Assembly: GCA_046754105.1 (NCBI GenBank)
Contig: JBHHVD010000046.1
Span: forward strand, 1-24,472
Direction: 5' to 3'
DNA from: Candidatus Krumholzibacteriia bacterium
GTDB lineage: Bacteria; Krumholzibacteriota; Krumholzibacteriia; WVZY01
Length of the DNA: 24,472 nucleotides
A model generated the notes under the pieces. That model saw nothing but the letters and a program-made list of their open reading frames with translations, was not told where the DNA came from and searched no databases. The position numbers were made by a program, and so were the translations under genes. The first letter of the stretch is position 1. Every line of letters begins with the position of its first letter. Shown here in pieces: positions 10,195 through 19,577 of the stretch.

Positions 10195-10250
10195 TAGAAT
10201 CGTCGGCGCGCGGCGAATCGCCGCGCCGGCAGTACCCGAGAGGAATATTA

Positions 10251-10622
10251 TTGGCAAGGCGACCCAGGACCATAGCGAAGAAAATCATCCAGCTTGCACT
10301 CGGCAAGAAGGCCGAAGACGTAATGTTGTTCGATCTTCGCAAGATCACGGCGATGACGGACTTCTTTGTGATATGCACGGGGACTTCGGACGTGCAGGTG
10401 AGAGCCATCGCCGGCGCGGTGATCGACGGGTGTAAGAAGGAGAAAGTCAGCGTTTACAGCGTCGAGGGGCTCGACGCGGCGACCTGGGTCCTGATCGACC
10501 TCGTGGACGTCGTCGTACACGTCTTCAAACCCGACGTCAGGAAGTACTATCAGTTGGAGAGGCTGTGGGGCGACGCGGTCATCGAGACCTTCGACGACGA
10601 CGGAAGGGAAGCGATCCGGTGA
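10251..10622 (+). CDS. rsfS: Ribosome silencing factor RsfS (Iojap)
   Basis: KKAEDV, DFFVICTGTS..QV, WVLIDLVDVVVHVF, YYQLERLW. TTG start at 10251 after GAGAGGA. Confidence 0.93.
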   Translation: MARRPRTIAKKIIQLALGKKAEDVMLFDLRKITAMTDFFVICTGTSDVQVRAIAGAVIDGCKKEKVSVYSVEGLDAATWVLIDLVDVVVHVFKPDVRKYYQLERLWGDAVIETFDDDGREAIR

Positions 10623-12262
10623 GTTTCCGGAAAGACATTCAGGAAAGGCTCGAAGAGGCTGTGTCGAAGGCGGGCTACGGCGGGGAAGGGGTGCGGGTGG
10701 TGCTGGAGAAACCGCGCCACAAGGAGCACGGTGATATGGCCACGCCCGTAGCTCTGTCGCTCGCCAGGGAGTTCAAGAAGAACCCCATGCAGATCGCGGA
10801 GGAGGTTGCCGGAGAGCTGTCCTTTCCCGCGGGCACCGTAGCCGCTGTCGAGGTGGCCAGGCCGGGGTACATCAACCTTACGCTTTCGCAGGAAATGCTG
10901 ACGGGCAATCTGGAAGAGGTTCACAGGACCGGCGACCGGTACGGAGAGAGCGACTGCGGTCGCGGGACGAAGTGCCAGGTAGAGTACGTGTCGGCCAACC
11001 CCACCGGGCCGCTGGTGCTGGTGTCGGCCCGCGCGGCGGCGATCGGTTCGGTCATTGTCAACCTGCTGCGCGCGGCAGGGTTCGATGCCGAGGGCGAGTA
11101 TTACGTAAACGACTCCGGTAACCAGGTCAGAGCGCTGGGCGAGAGTCTCCGCTTCCGCGTGCGCGAGCGTCTCGGGCGCAAGGAGGGTGGTGAAATCGGC
11201 GCGTATCCGGGCGACTACCTCAAAGACATTGCGGCAACGGTCGAACCCGATGAGGCGGCGCGCTGGGACGCGGACCCCGCAGGGGTTGCCCGCTACGGCG
11301 CGTTCGCAACGGACGCCCTGCTCAGGGAAATCGAGCGAGACCTCGAACGGTTTGGGGTACGCTTCGACAATTTTTTTCGCGAATCGAGCCTGCATCCCGA
11401 CGCCGTCGACGAGGCCCGCGGGATAGTCGAGAAACAGGGTTACGCGTACGTGGAGGACGGGGCACTCTATTTCCGCACGTCCGAGTTCGGTGACGAAAAA
11501 GACCGCGTGCTCGTGAAGAGCGACGGTAACGCGACATATTTCCTCGGCGACATCGCCTATCATCTGACCAAGCTGCGCCGCGGCCACCGGTGGGCGCTCG
11601 ACCTGCTCGGTCCGGACCACCACGGTCACATTCCGAGGATGCTGGCGGCGGCGAAGGTGCTGGGCGCGGCCGAGGGCTGGCTGAACGTCTTGATCGTGGG
11701 GTGGGTGCGCCTGCTCGAGGGCGGCAAGCCGGTTAGCATGAGCAAGCGCGCCGGAGACATCATCACGATGCGGGAATTGATCGAGGATGTCGGAAAGGAC
11801 GTGGCCAAGTTCTTTTTCTTGATGCGGCGGGCGAATACCCCCCTCGATTTCGACCTCGACCTGGCCCGCAAACAATCCGATGAGAACCCGGTCTACTACG
11901 TGCAATACGCGCACGCGAGAATCGCCAGCGTGGCGCGTTTCGCCGAACAGAAGGGCCTGAAATTGCCGGAACGGGTCGAGGACTGTCACAAACTCGAATC
12001 TCCGCAGGAGCGGGAGCTCATGGTGCACCTTCTTTTCTTTCCCCACGTCGTCGAGGCGGCGGCCTTGACTCGTGAGCCCCATCGAGTCGCCACCTACGCC
12101 CAGGAGCTGGCGGCACTGTTTCACCGCTTTTATCACGCTCATCGCGTGGTAACCGACAGCGAAGAGGTGTCCGCCGGGCGTTTTTTCCTCGTGGACGCGG
12201 CACGGCAGGTGCTGCGGAACGCCCTGTGTGTGATGGGTGTGGATGCACCCGAGAGCATGTAA
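10619..12262 (+). CDS. argS: Arginine--tRNA ligase
   Basis: HGDMAT, PGYIN, EYVSANPTGPL, EYYVND.G.Q, MSKRAG, NPVYYVQYAHARI, C-terminal GVDAPESM. GTG start overlaps the rsfS stop (GTGA). Confidence 0.96.
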   Translation: MSFRKDIQERLEEAVSKAGYGGEGVRVVLEKPRHKEHGDMATPVALSLAREFKKNPMQIAEEVAGELSFPAGTVAAVEVARPGYINLTLSQEMLTGNLEEVHRTGDRYGESDCGRGTKCQVEYVSANPTGPLVLVSARAAAIGSVIVNLLRAAGFDAEGEYYVNDSGNQVRALGESLRFRVRERLGRKEGGEIGAYPGDYLKDIAATVEPDEAARWDADPAGVARYGAFATDALLREIERDLERFGVRFDNFFRESSLHPDAVDEARGIVEKQGYAYVEDGALYFRTSEFGDEKDRVLVKSDGNATYFLGDIAYHLTKLRRGHRWALDLLGPDHHGHIPRMLAAAKVLGAAEGWLNVLIVGWVRLLEGGKPVSMSKRAGDIITMRELIEDVGKDVAKFFFLMRRANTPLDFDLDLARKQSDENPVYYVQYAHARIASVARFAEQKGLKLPERVEDCHKLESPQERELMVHLLFFPHVVEAAALTREPHRVATYAQELAALFHRFYHAHRVVTDSEEVSAGRFFLVDAARQVLRNALCVMGVDAPESM

Positions 12263-12291
12263 CCAAGAAACAGCAAAAGGAGCACGAAGGG

Positions 12292-13209
12292 ATGGCACAA
12301 GACAAACCAACACTTCTCACCGTCGGGTCAGTCGCTTTCGATTCGGTTGAAACACCCGGCGGGGCCGTAGAGCGCGCACTCGGCGGATCGGCCACGTACG
12401 CGTCACTTGCCGCCAGTTATTTTTCCTCGCCGCGCGTTGTCGCGGTCGTTGGAGATGACTTCGGTGACGCCGAACTGGAGACCTTCCGCAAACGGGCGAT
12501 CGATACGAGCGGAATCGAAAGGGTACATGGTAAGACGTTTCATTGGCGGGGGCGTTACCACGAAAACATGCAGGACCGCGACACATTAGAGACCCAGCTG
12601 AACGTGTTCGAGAGCTTCGATCCGCAGGTTCCAGCGGGCTTCAGATCGTCGGCCTTCGTGTTTCTGGGCAACATCGCACCGAAGATCCAGGCGAAAGTAC
12701 TCGAACAAGTCGAGGGCCCCGACCTGATCGGCCTGGACACGATGAATTTCTGGATCGAAAGTGCCCTGGCGGATCTGAAAGCGGTGCTGAAGCGTGTCGA
12801 TATCCTCTTTATCAACGACGATGAGGCGGCACAACTCAGCGGTGAAACCCAGGTTCTCGCCGCGGCGGAACGAATTCTCGATCTCGGTCCGAGGTACGTG
12901 GTGATCAAACGAGGCGAGTTCGGTTCACTCTTGTTCGGGCGTAACGTGTGCCTGTTCGTGCCCGCGGTGATGCTGCCGAAAGTGGTCGACCCCACGGGGG
13001 CGGGTGACGCCTTCGCCGGTGGATTCCTCGGGTGGCTCTCGGGCGCGGGGGAGGTCAATCGCGTAAACCTTGCCCAGGCAATGCTCCACGGCACCGTCAT
13101 GGCGAGCTTCACCGTCGAGAACTTCTCGGTGGACGGTCTCCTGGCGCCCGACCGCTCGGCCATCGACGACCGGCGCCAAATCCTCGAATCCATGACAGAT
13201 TACGTGTAG
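12292..13209 (+). CDS. PfkB family carbohydrate/nucleoside kinase
   Basis: VGSVAFDS, GGSA, VVAVVGDD and DPTGAGDAFAGGF PfkB signature. AAGGAG RBS before ATG 12292. Confidence 0.92.
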   Translation: MAQDKPTLLTVGSVAFDSVETPGGAVERALGGSATYASLAASYFSSPRVVAVVGDDFGDAELETFRKRAIDTSGIERVHGKTFHWRGRYHENMQDRDTLETQLNVFESFDPQVPAGFRSSAFVFLGNIAPKIQAKVLEQVEGPDLIGLDTMNFWIESALADLKAVLKRVDILFINDDEAAQLSGETQVLAAAERILDLGPRYVVIKRGEFGSLLFGRNVCLFVPAVMLPKVVDPTGAGDAFAGGFLGWLSGAGEVNRVNLAQAMLHGTVMASFTVENFSVDGLLAPDRSAIDDRRQILESMTDYV

Positions 13210-13248
13210 AAGTGGTGAGGTTTTTGCTGCGGGCGGGGGTAGGGATCG

Positions 13249-13257
13249 TGCTATAAT
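13249..13257 (+). promoter_or_regulatory. Extended -10 promoter element
   Basis: TGcTATAAT about 36 nt upstream of ATG 13294. No convincing -35. Confidence 0.5.
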
Positions 13258-13293
13258 CAAGGCCGGGACGCCTTTCCGAGCCCAACCTAAGCT

Positions 13294-14034
13294 ATGACAG
13301 CACAAAGATATACACCCGATACCATCGCACGTGCGGAGCAGCTGGTCAGCCGGATTCAGGGGATCTCGTCGTGCCGGATCTCGACGGACGAGACCGGCGA
13401 GATTACCGAAGTGCACGTCGTTGCCACTTCCCCAAAGCCTCCCAAGCTCGTCGCCCGCGACGTCGAATCCTGCCTGAAGGCCGAGGTCGGTGTCAGCGTC
13501 GACTATAAGAAAATCGGCGTGGTGGTGTTCGATCGTGATCCGGAGAGCGGGGAGGAGACGGCGGAGGCGGCGAGTGAGCCGCGGGCCGAGCCCGTCCTGG
13601 AGTTCCCCGTCGAGGAGTTTCCCGCCCGCTTTGCTTTTCACAGTGTCAACTTGTTCATATCTCCGAACAGCGTCCAGGCCGAGGTGGAACTGCTTCGTGA
13701 AGGAGTCGAGACATTGGGCACGGGCAGGAGCGAAAACTCCGGCGGTTCCCACATGCGTGTGGTTGCCCAGGCCACGTTAAACGCGGTCTCGGAATTGCTT
13801 GACGGGGAAATACGCCTATGCTTAGCTGACGTGGTGGAGATTCTGCTTGGCGATGACACTGCGGTGGTCGTTAAGGTGAATCTCCTGCAAAGCCGTGAAA
13901 GCAAGAGCCTGTCCGGTTGTTCACTCTACTGCGGCGACGCGAACCAGACGGTGGTGTACGCGACCCTCGCCGCGGTGAACAGGATACTGGGTGTCCTGAA
14001 GGCCAGAGATTCTGTAGAATACAAGATAAAGTGA
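13294..14034 (+). CDS. Hypothetical cytoplasmic two-domain protein
   Basis: 246-aa ORF with N-terminal EVHVVA...PKLVARDVES segment, an acidic linker, and a C-terminal alpha/beta region (VVAQATLNAV ... VYATLAAVNR). Confidence 0.75.
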   Translation: MTAQRYTPDTIARAEQLVSRIQGISSCRISTDETGEITEVHVVATSPKPPKLVARDVESCLKAEVGVSVDYKKIGVVVFDRDPESGEETAEAASEPRAEPVLEFPVEEFPARFAFHSVNLFISPNSVQAEVELLREGVETLGTGRSENSGGSHMRVVAQATLNAVSELLDGEIRLCLADVVEILLGDDTAVVVKVNLLQSRESKSLSGCSLYCGDANQTVVYATLAAVNRILGVLKARDSVEYKIK

Positions 14035-14050
14035 TCAGCAAGTGATTCTG

Positions 14051-14102
14051 AAAGGCATGACCCCACCCGCCCGTTAGCCGAGTACGAGGGTCGCGCCTTT
14101 TT
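14051..14102 (+). terminator. Terminator-like or attenuator-like hairpin with a large loop upstream of the HD-GYP gene
   Basis: AAAGGCATGACCC (14051-14063) pairs with GGGTCGCGCCTTT (one mismatch, one G-U), ending in a T5 run. Confidence 0.45.
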
Positions 14103-14199
14103 GGTATGACCTTGACCACACCCCCTGGGTCGCAGCTCCCGATGGCGGTGCGCCCCGAAACCTGCGTTTGAAGGTGCAAGACCAACAGGTGTAGATATC

Positions 14200-15513
14200 G
14201 TGGGCCAGGGAATCAAGAACTCTTCGGCGACCTTCAAGCTGTTCTATTTCCTTTACATCATCATGGGATTTCTTCTCTTTGCGTACTTGATGCGACGCTT
14301 TGAGCTGGCCCAGTTTCGCGACGTACTCCTGTTCATTGCCCTGATCATCGTGGCGGACACCGCCCAGATAACGCTGCCAATGGGGGGTGCTTCGATTTAT
14401 GCGTCGAGCCCCATCGACCTCGCGGCGATTCTCATCTTCGGTGCACCGGCGACGGTATTCATCGAAGCGATCTCCACGTTCCTCTCGGAAGTGTTTATCC
14501 AAAGGCGGCCTGCGGTGCGGATCGCGTTCAACGTTCCGCTGCTGATAGTAACCGTCGGGATTTCCGGTCTCGTCTACGAGAGCTTCGGCCCGCGGTGGAC
14601 CAGTCTCGACACCCCGAGGTTTCTCATTCCACTTTTTGCCTGTGGGGTCGTGTACTACGCCGTCAATACGTTCTCGATCAGCACCATCATTGCGCTGAGT
14701 GATTTCAAGAATCCGCTCCGTATCTGGAAGCAAAACTACATGTGGAATTTCTTCCACATCCTCGCGTTCCTGCCGGTGGCCGCGATCTTCGCGCTCGTCT
14801 ACACGAGCCACGGCATGTGGACCATCGCCTTGTTCGTGGTGCCTCTCTTTCTGGCGCGCTATACGTTCCAGTTGTACATCGAAATGAAGGAGGCACACAT
14901 TAACACCGTTGCGGCCCTGACGTCCGCGCTCGACGCCAACGATCCGTACACGCACGGCCACTCGTACCGCGTTTCGCGCTACGCGCTGCGGTTGGGAAGG
15001 GCCATGGGGCTGTCGTCGAGGGACCTCGAGATACTGGAGTACAGCGCCCTGCTCCACGACATCGGCAAGATCGCCATCCGAAAAGAAATCCTTCACAAAG
15101 CGGGAAAGCTGTCCGACGAAGAACGACGGTCTCTCAGCACACACCCCACGATCGGCGCGGACATCGTGGAAAACCTGAAATTCCTCAAGGAAGCGGCGGT
15201 CCTGGTTCGATGCCACCACGAACAACCGGATGGCAAGGGGTATCCGGTGGGTCTCAAGGGCGATGAAATCCCCATCGGTTCGCGTATACTCTTATGTGCA
15301 GACGCGTTCGACGCCATGACGTCCGACCGGCCCTACCGCAAGGGCCTGTCCGTCGATAAGGTGGTCGGGCAATTCCGGCAGTACAAGGGGGAGCAATTCG
15401 ACATGGATGTGGCGACGCTGCTCGTCAGAATGGTGGACGAGGGCCGGTTCCCACTCATCGTCGAATCCGACCCGACGACCGCGATCTACGAATCACTCAA
15501 GCAGCGTCTCTAG
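14200..15513 (+). CDS. Membrane-sensor HD-GYP domain protein (putative c-di-GMP phosphodiesterase)
   Basis: Multi-TM N-terminal half, then DPYTHGHS.RV, LLHDIGK, HHEQPDGKGYP, ADAFDAMTSDRPYR. GTG start. Confidence 0.92.
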   Translation: MGQGIKNSSATFKLFYFLYIIMGFLLFAYLMRRFELAQFRDVLLFIALIIVADTAQITLPMGGASIYASSPIDLAAILIFGAPATVFIEAISTFLSEVFIQRRPAVRIAFNVPLLIVTVGISGLVYESFGPRWTSLDTPRFLIPLFACGVVYYAVNTFSISTIIALSDFKNPLRIWKQNYMWNFFHILAFLPVAAIFALVYTSHGMWTIALFVVPLFLARYTFQLYIEMKEAHINTVAALTSALDANDPYTHGHSYRVSRYALRLGRAMGLSSRDLEILEYSALLHDIGKIAIRKEILHKAGKLSDEERRSLSTHPTIGADIVENLKFLKEAAVLVRCHHEQPDGKGYPVGLKGDEIPIGSRILLCADAFDAMTSDRPYRKGLSVDKVVGQFRQYKGEQFDMDVATLLVRMVDEGRFPLIVESDPTTAIYESLKQRL

Positions 15514-15538
15514 GGCGCCTCCCGGCGGAGGGATTTCC

Positions 15539-16543
15539 GTGAAATACAAGGACTCGGGTGTGAACATCGACCGGGCGAACCGGGCCAAGGCCGCGATCGC
15601 GTCGCACGTGCAGTCGACCTGGGGCGCGGAAGTGCTCTCGACAACCGGCGCCTTCGGCGGCCTGTTCGCGCCGGGCGGTTCATACCGGGAACCGGTCATG
15701 GTCAGCAGCATCGACGGTGTGGGTACGAAGGTAATGGTTGCCGCGATGGCGGATCGATTCGACACCGTGGGACGGGACCTCGTCAATCACTGCGTCAACG
15801 ATATACTCGTGCAGGGCGCGACACCGCTTTTCTTTCTCGACTACCTGGCCAGCGCCGAATTGGATCCGGAACGGGTGAGCCGTATCGTAGGGGGTATGGC
15901 CGCCGCGTGCCGCGAGAACAACTGTGCGCTGATCGGCGGCGAGACGGCGGAAATGCCGGGCGTGTATCGAGGAGAGGATTTCGATCTCGCCGGCTGCATC
16001 GTGGGTATCGTGGAGAAGACAGAAATCATTGACGGCGGCGGGATAGCGCCCGGCGATGTCGTTTTTGCCCTGCCCTCTACCGGCCTTCACACGAACGGGT
16101 ATTCACTGGCGCGCCACGTATTCTTCGAGCGCTTGAAGCTCGGTATTGGTGACCGGGTCCCGGCACTCGGCTGCACGGTGGGAGACGAGTTGCTAAGAGT
16201 GCACGCCTCCTACCTGGCTCCGGTTCGCAAGATCATGCAATCGGCAGGGATAAAGGGCATGGCGCACGTGACCGGCGGAGGCGTCCTGGAGAACTTGCCC
16301 CGCATCCTCCCCGCCTCGTGCGGCGCGCGGATCGAGAAGGGCACGTGGCCGGTGCCCCCCGTCTTTACCTTTCTCGCCAAAGAGGGCGCCATCGACGCCT
16401 CCGAAATGTTCCGCACCTTCAACATGGGGTTGGGAATGGTGCTGGTCGTCGACCCGTCGGACGCCGATGAGGTCGTCGCCGCGGCCGATATCCACCGCGT
16501 CGGCGAGATTACCTCGGGCGAGCGCAAGGTCACCCTTTCCTGA
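15539..16543 (+). CDS. purM: Phosphoribosylformylglycinamidine cyclo-ligase
   Basis: YKDSGVNI, DGVGTK, CVND, GGETAEMPG, STGLHTNGYSL, HVTGGG, FNMGLG. GTG start at 15539 after GGAGGG. Confidence 0.97.
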   Translation: MKYKDSGVNIDRANRAKAAIASHVQSTWGAEVLSTTGAFGGLFAPGGSYREPVMVSSIDGVGTKVMVAAMADRFDTVGRDLVNHCVNDILVQGATPLFFLDYLASAELDPERVSRIVGGMAAACRENNCALIGGETAEMPGVYRGEDFDLAGCIVGIVEKTEIIDGGGIAPGDVVFALPSTGLHTNGYSLARHVFFERLKLGIGDRVPALGCTVGDELLRVHASYLAPVRKIMQSAGIKGMAHVTGGGVLENLPRILPASCGARIEKGTWPVPPVFTFLAKEGAIDASEMFRTFNMGLGMVLVVDPSDADEVVAAADIHRVGEITSGERKVTLS

Positions 16544-16674
16544 TCGCATATCCCCGGAAGTTCTCTTCTTCGCGCGGGTCCTGTCGCCGATTACCCCACC
16601 GTGCTCGTTGTCACTGCGCGCGGCGGGGGGGCCATTGGCGCCACCCGCGCGTAGGAGTCCGAGGCGCGCGGGTT

Positions 16675-18069
16675 CTACTTGAGCACAGCCAGGCCGACGC
16701 GCTCGTCGGCTGCCATCGGCCGCGACAGCTTTATCTGTTCGAGCGAGTCTGAAAAGAGCGGCGTGAACTGCCCCGATAGATCGACGACAAGCAGCTTGTC
16801 ATTGAGCGTATCGAGAGTATAGAGGAAGGGCCTGCGCAAGGCGATGTCTCGCTGCGAGCCGCCGCTGGGAAGGGGCGGGCTGGGGTCGACAAGAAAATCA
16901 TAGAACGTCGTCTTGGTCCCGCCCGAGGCGACGCGCACGATGCGCTTCGTCGTGGGTGTATCCACCAGAATGTATACCATGCCGTCGAACCCGTCGCACA
17001 CCATGCCCCGGGCCCCGTCGGCCTCCTCCTGCGTGAGCTGAACCACCGTTTCCAAACCGGCCGCGCCCCTGGCCGTCTCGACGGACAGGCTGTCGAGGGC
17101 GAGGCGGTAGAGCATCGCATCCGTCTTCAGAATAAAATAAATATCCTCGCCGAACTGGCTTGCCGATTGCCGCCTGGGGTCGACCGCGACAGCGTCGGTG
17201 TTGACGCCGTTCGTGTAGGCGGCGGCCGCAAAACGAGTCAGCGTGTCACGGCAGCCCACGGCGAACGGGCCCTTCTTGTCGACTCCCACCAGCAGTCCGA
17301 TCGGGTTGGCGTCGATCTCGACGGCGTCATCGGCCTCGACGGCGTCCAGGGCGGCGAAGTGCGTGACGTTACCGGCAGGGTCTATCTTCAAAATCTCCGG
17401 AAAGATGGCGCGGCCGGCAAAGTAGAAATCACCGCGCGGCGAGAACGCTACGTCCCAGACCACGGTGAGAATACCGCCATTCGAGGGCATTTCCGTTTGA
17501 TCCAGGGCCTGCGGCGGCGCGCTGAACGGGTTGATACGCACGATGCCGGTAGAGGTGGAGGCGAACAACGACGATTCCCGGGTGGCCAGGAAGACGTGCC
17601 CCTGTGGGCCGTACGAAGTGGCGCACGCCTGGCACACCTGTAGCGAGTCATCGGCCTCCGGGCACAGAAAATCGCTGGCCATGGCCTCGAACAGCACCGA
17701 CCCCTCGTCGATGCTCGCTTGTACGCGGTTGGTGCCCACCGTGGGCCCGAGGGTAAGCCTCACAGACGCGACGCCCTGGTCGTTGGTCTGGACCGATCCG
17801 CTGGAGACGGATCCGCCGCCGGCGATCGGGAGAAAACGGACGGTCGTGTTCTGCGCGACGGCGCCGTCGGTGGTTGTCACCACGACCGTAAGCGGTTCGG
17901 GCAACTCGGTGCCCTTGAGCGACCACTGTTTGTCGCCGGACTTGATGGCGATGTTCCCGGGCAGTGGAGGTGCGGTGGAATCACTGCATTGCGAGAGCAG
18001 CGCGCCGGCGGCGATCAGCCCGAGGGCGAGCAGCAGTTTCCCGATCGTCTTGGTTGAAGCAGTTTTCAT
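16675..18069 (-). CDS. Lipoprotein with bacterial Ig-like (Big_1-type) domain and probable beta-propeller
   Basis: Lipobox LSQC after a hydrophobic signal. GDKQ...LPEPLTVVV...VRF...TNDQGVASVRLTLG Ig-like segment. Repeated blade-like strands (DVAFSPRGDFY, AVAVDP, DIALR). ATGA overlap with the upstream gene. Confidence 0.72.
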   Translation of the reverse strand: MKTASTKTIGKLLLALGLIAAGALLSQCSDSTAPPLPGNIAIKSGDKQWSLKGTELPEPLTVVVTTTDGAVAQNTTVRFLPIAGGGSVSSGSVQTNDQGVASVRLTLGPTVGTNRVQASIDEGSVLFEAMASDFLCPEADDSLQVCQACATSYGPQGHVFLATRESSLFASTSTGIVRINPFSAPPQALDQTEMPSNGGILTVVWDVAFSPRGDFYFAGRAIFPEILKIDPAGNVTHFAALDAVEADDAVEIDANPIGLLVGVDKKGPFAVGCRDTLTRFAAAAYTNGVNTDAVAVDPRRQSASQFGEDIYFILKTDAMLYRLALDSLSVETARGAAGLETVVQLTQEEADGARGMVCDGFDGMVYILVDTPTTKRIVRVASGGTKTTFYDFLVDPSPPLPSGGSQRDIALRRPFLYTLDTLNDKLLVVDLSGQFTPLFSDSLEQIKLSRPMAADERVGLAVLK

Positions 18070-19577
18070 TCGAACAAATCCTTGGCGTGGACGACACGTG
18101 ATTCGTCTCTGTTGACCGCGAGTTTGAACACCTCGATCTTCTTGTCTTCTGCCAGGAGGTCTTCCGGCATGTCCTCGGCATCGTACACGATCGGCGACGG
18201 CTTGTTGTCCAGGATTTCCTTGAGAAACTCGTCCGCGCCCCTGGTGACGATTGCGACCTTCATGTTGTTCGTTGCCAGGTACTTGCGAATTACCCTGTTG
18301 ACGTCCTCCAGCGTGACTGATTCCAGCTTCGCAGGCAGCGTCCCCAGGAAATCATCGACACCGTAGAATTTCGAGTCGAGCAGGTATCCGAGGCGCCGGC
18401 TCTGGTCCTGGGCCCATAGCCGGCTGTAACTGCTGAGGAATTTCCTGGTCGCCGAAAAATCCTCCTCGTTCATCCCCTGCGTTACCAGCTTGTTCAATTC
18501 CCACAGCGCCAGCCGCAGGGCGAAGTGGCGGTTCTTGTGAACGACGGGGCGCACCCAGATGCTGAAGTGCTGCTGGCGGCGGGGGATGTTGGTCAGGGGA
18601 AAAGTGCTGCCGCCCTCCTGTACGAAGTTCTCGATATAGGAGTAATCTCCGTAGTTCAAGCCGCGGTCGCCGCGCATCCGGTTCATCAACACGCCGTTAA
18701 ACGTCCGGTGCTCCCCGAGATAGGAATTGGCGATCATGAGCGGATAAAAATCCTCCTCGCCCCTGACGACGTCGATGGGGAAGCCCATCGAAATTGCCGT
18801 CGACCGGCACTCCTTCTCTACGACCATGATCTGGAGACCGTGGATGGCGCCCGGCTCCGGCAGCGTAACCTCTTCGACACGGCCTTGCGGGAGCTTCGAT
18901 AGGTCATCGCGAATCGATCGTTCGAGTTTGCCCGGGTAGCCGCCTGCGAGGCCGATTACAACGTTGTCACGCGTGAAGAAGCGCCGGTAGTGGTCACGGA
19001 CGTCGTCGAGGCCGATCGCCTTCAGGTTCGTTACCAGGCCGGACACGGGACATCCGTAAGGATGGTCCTGGTAGAGAAACACGTTGAGGCTCTCCTTGCC
19101 CAGGTTCTCGTCGTCGTTGAAGCGGAGCTGCCTTTCGAGGCGATTCACCCGGTCCGTGCGAATACGCTCGAAGTCCTCTTCGCGGAATCCCGGCTCGAGC
19201 ACCATCTCGATCAGCATGTCGTAATATTTTTTTAAATGGTCTTTGTGGACGGTCCCGACGATCGTCGTGACCTCCTTGTCAACCTGGGAGAAGACGCTGG
19301 TTGCCATGGGATAGAAGGCATCGATGATCTCCGTGTACTCCCTCTTGGCCGTTCCTCCGCCGGTAAGAAGCGATGCCGTCAGTTCGGTCAGCCCTTTCTT
19401 GCCGTCGGGGTCGTGCGCGGACCCGACCCCGAACTGGATCCTGAAGGTCACCAGCGGCGAGTTGTCGACGGGGAGCAACACCGACCGTATGCCGCGGGTC
19501 GCGGCCGAGTAGGAGTCAAAACCGGTAAGTGCCATAATCATTGCGGTCAGAAGAATCACCGTTTGCTTCGGGTTCAT
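18066..19577 (-). CDS. M16B peptidase, non-catalytic subunit (exported)
   Basis: M16-type motifs (GSAHDP.GK.GL, HPYG.P, YRRFF) but no HXXEH. Carries the R...GL.Y substrate-binding segment (MRGDRGLNYG). Signal peptide from ATG 19577, which overlaps the upstream stop. Confidence 0.88.
   Translation of the reverse strand: MNPKQTVILLTAMIMALTGFDSYSAATRGIRSVLLPVDNSPLVTFRIQFGVGSAHDPDGKKGLTELTASLLTGGGTAKREYTEIIDAFYPMATSVFSQVDKEVTTIVGTVHKDHLKKYYDMLIEMVLEPGFREEDFERIRTDRVNRLERQLRFNDDENLGKESLNVFLYQDHPYGCPVSGLVTNLKAIGLDDVRDHYRRFFTRDNVVIGLAGGYPGKLERSIRDDLSKLPQGRVEEVTLPEPGAIHGLQIMVVEKECRSTAISMGFPIDVVRGEEDFYPLMIANSYLGEHRTFNGVLMNRMRGDRGLNYGDYSYIENFVQEGGSTFPLTNIPRRQQHFSIWVRPVVHKNRHFALRLALWELNKLVTQGMNEEDFSATRKFLSSYSRLWAQDQSRRLGYLLDSKFYGVDDFLGTLPAKLESVTLEDVNRVIRKYLATNNMKVAIVTRGADEFLKEILDNKPSPIVYDAEDMPEDLLAEDKKIEVFKLAVNRDESRVVHAKDLFE

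Noticed and set aside
14106..14199. c-di-GMP-I/II riboswitch before the HD-GYP gene
   Set aside because: Only a partial GTGCAA..ACC resemblance; the core consensus elements are absent.
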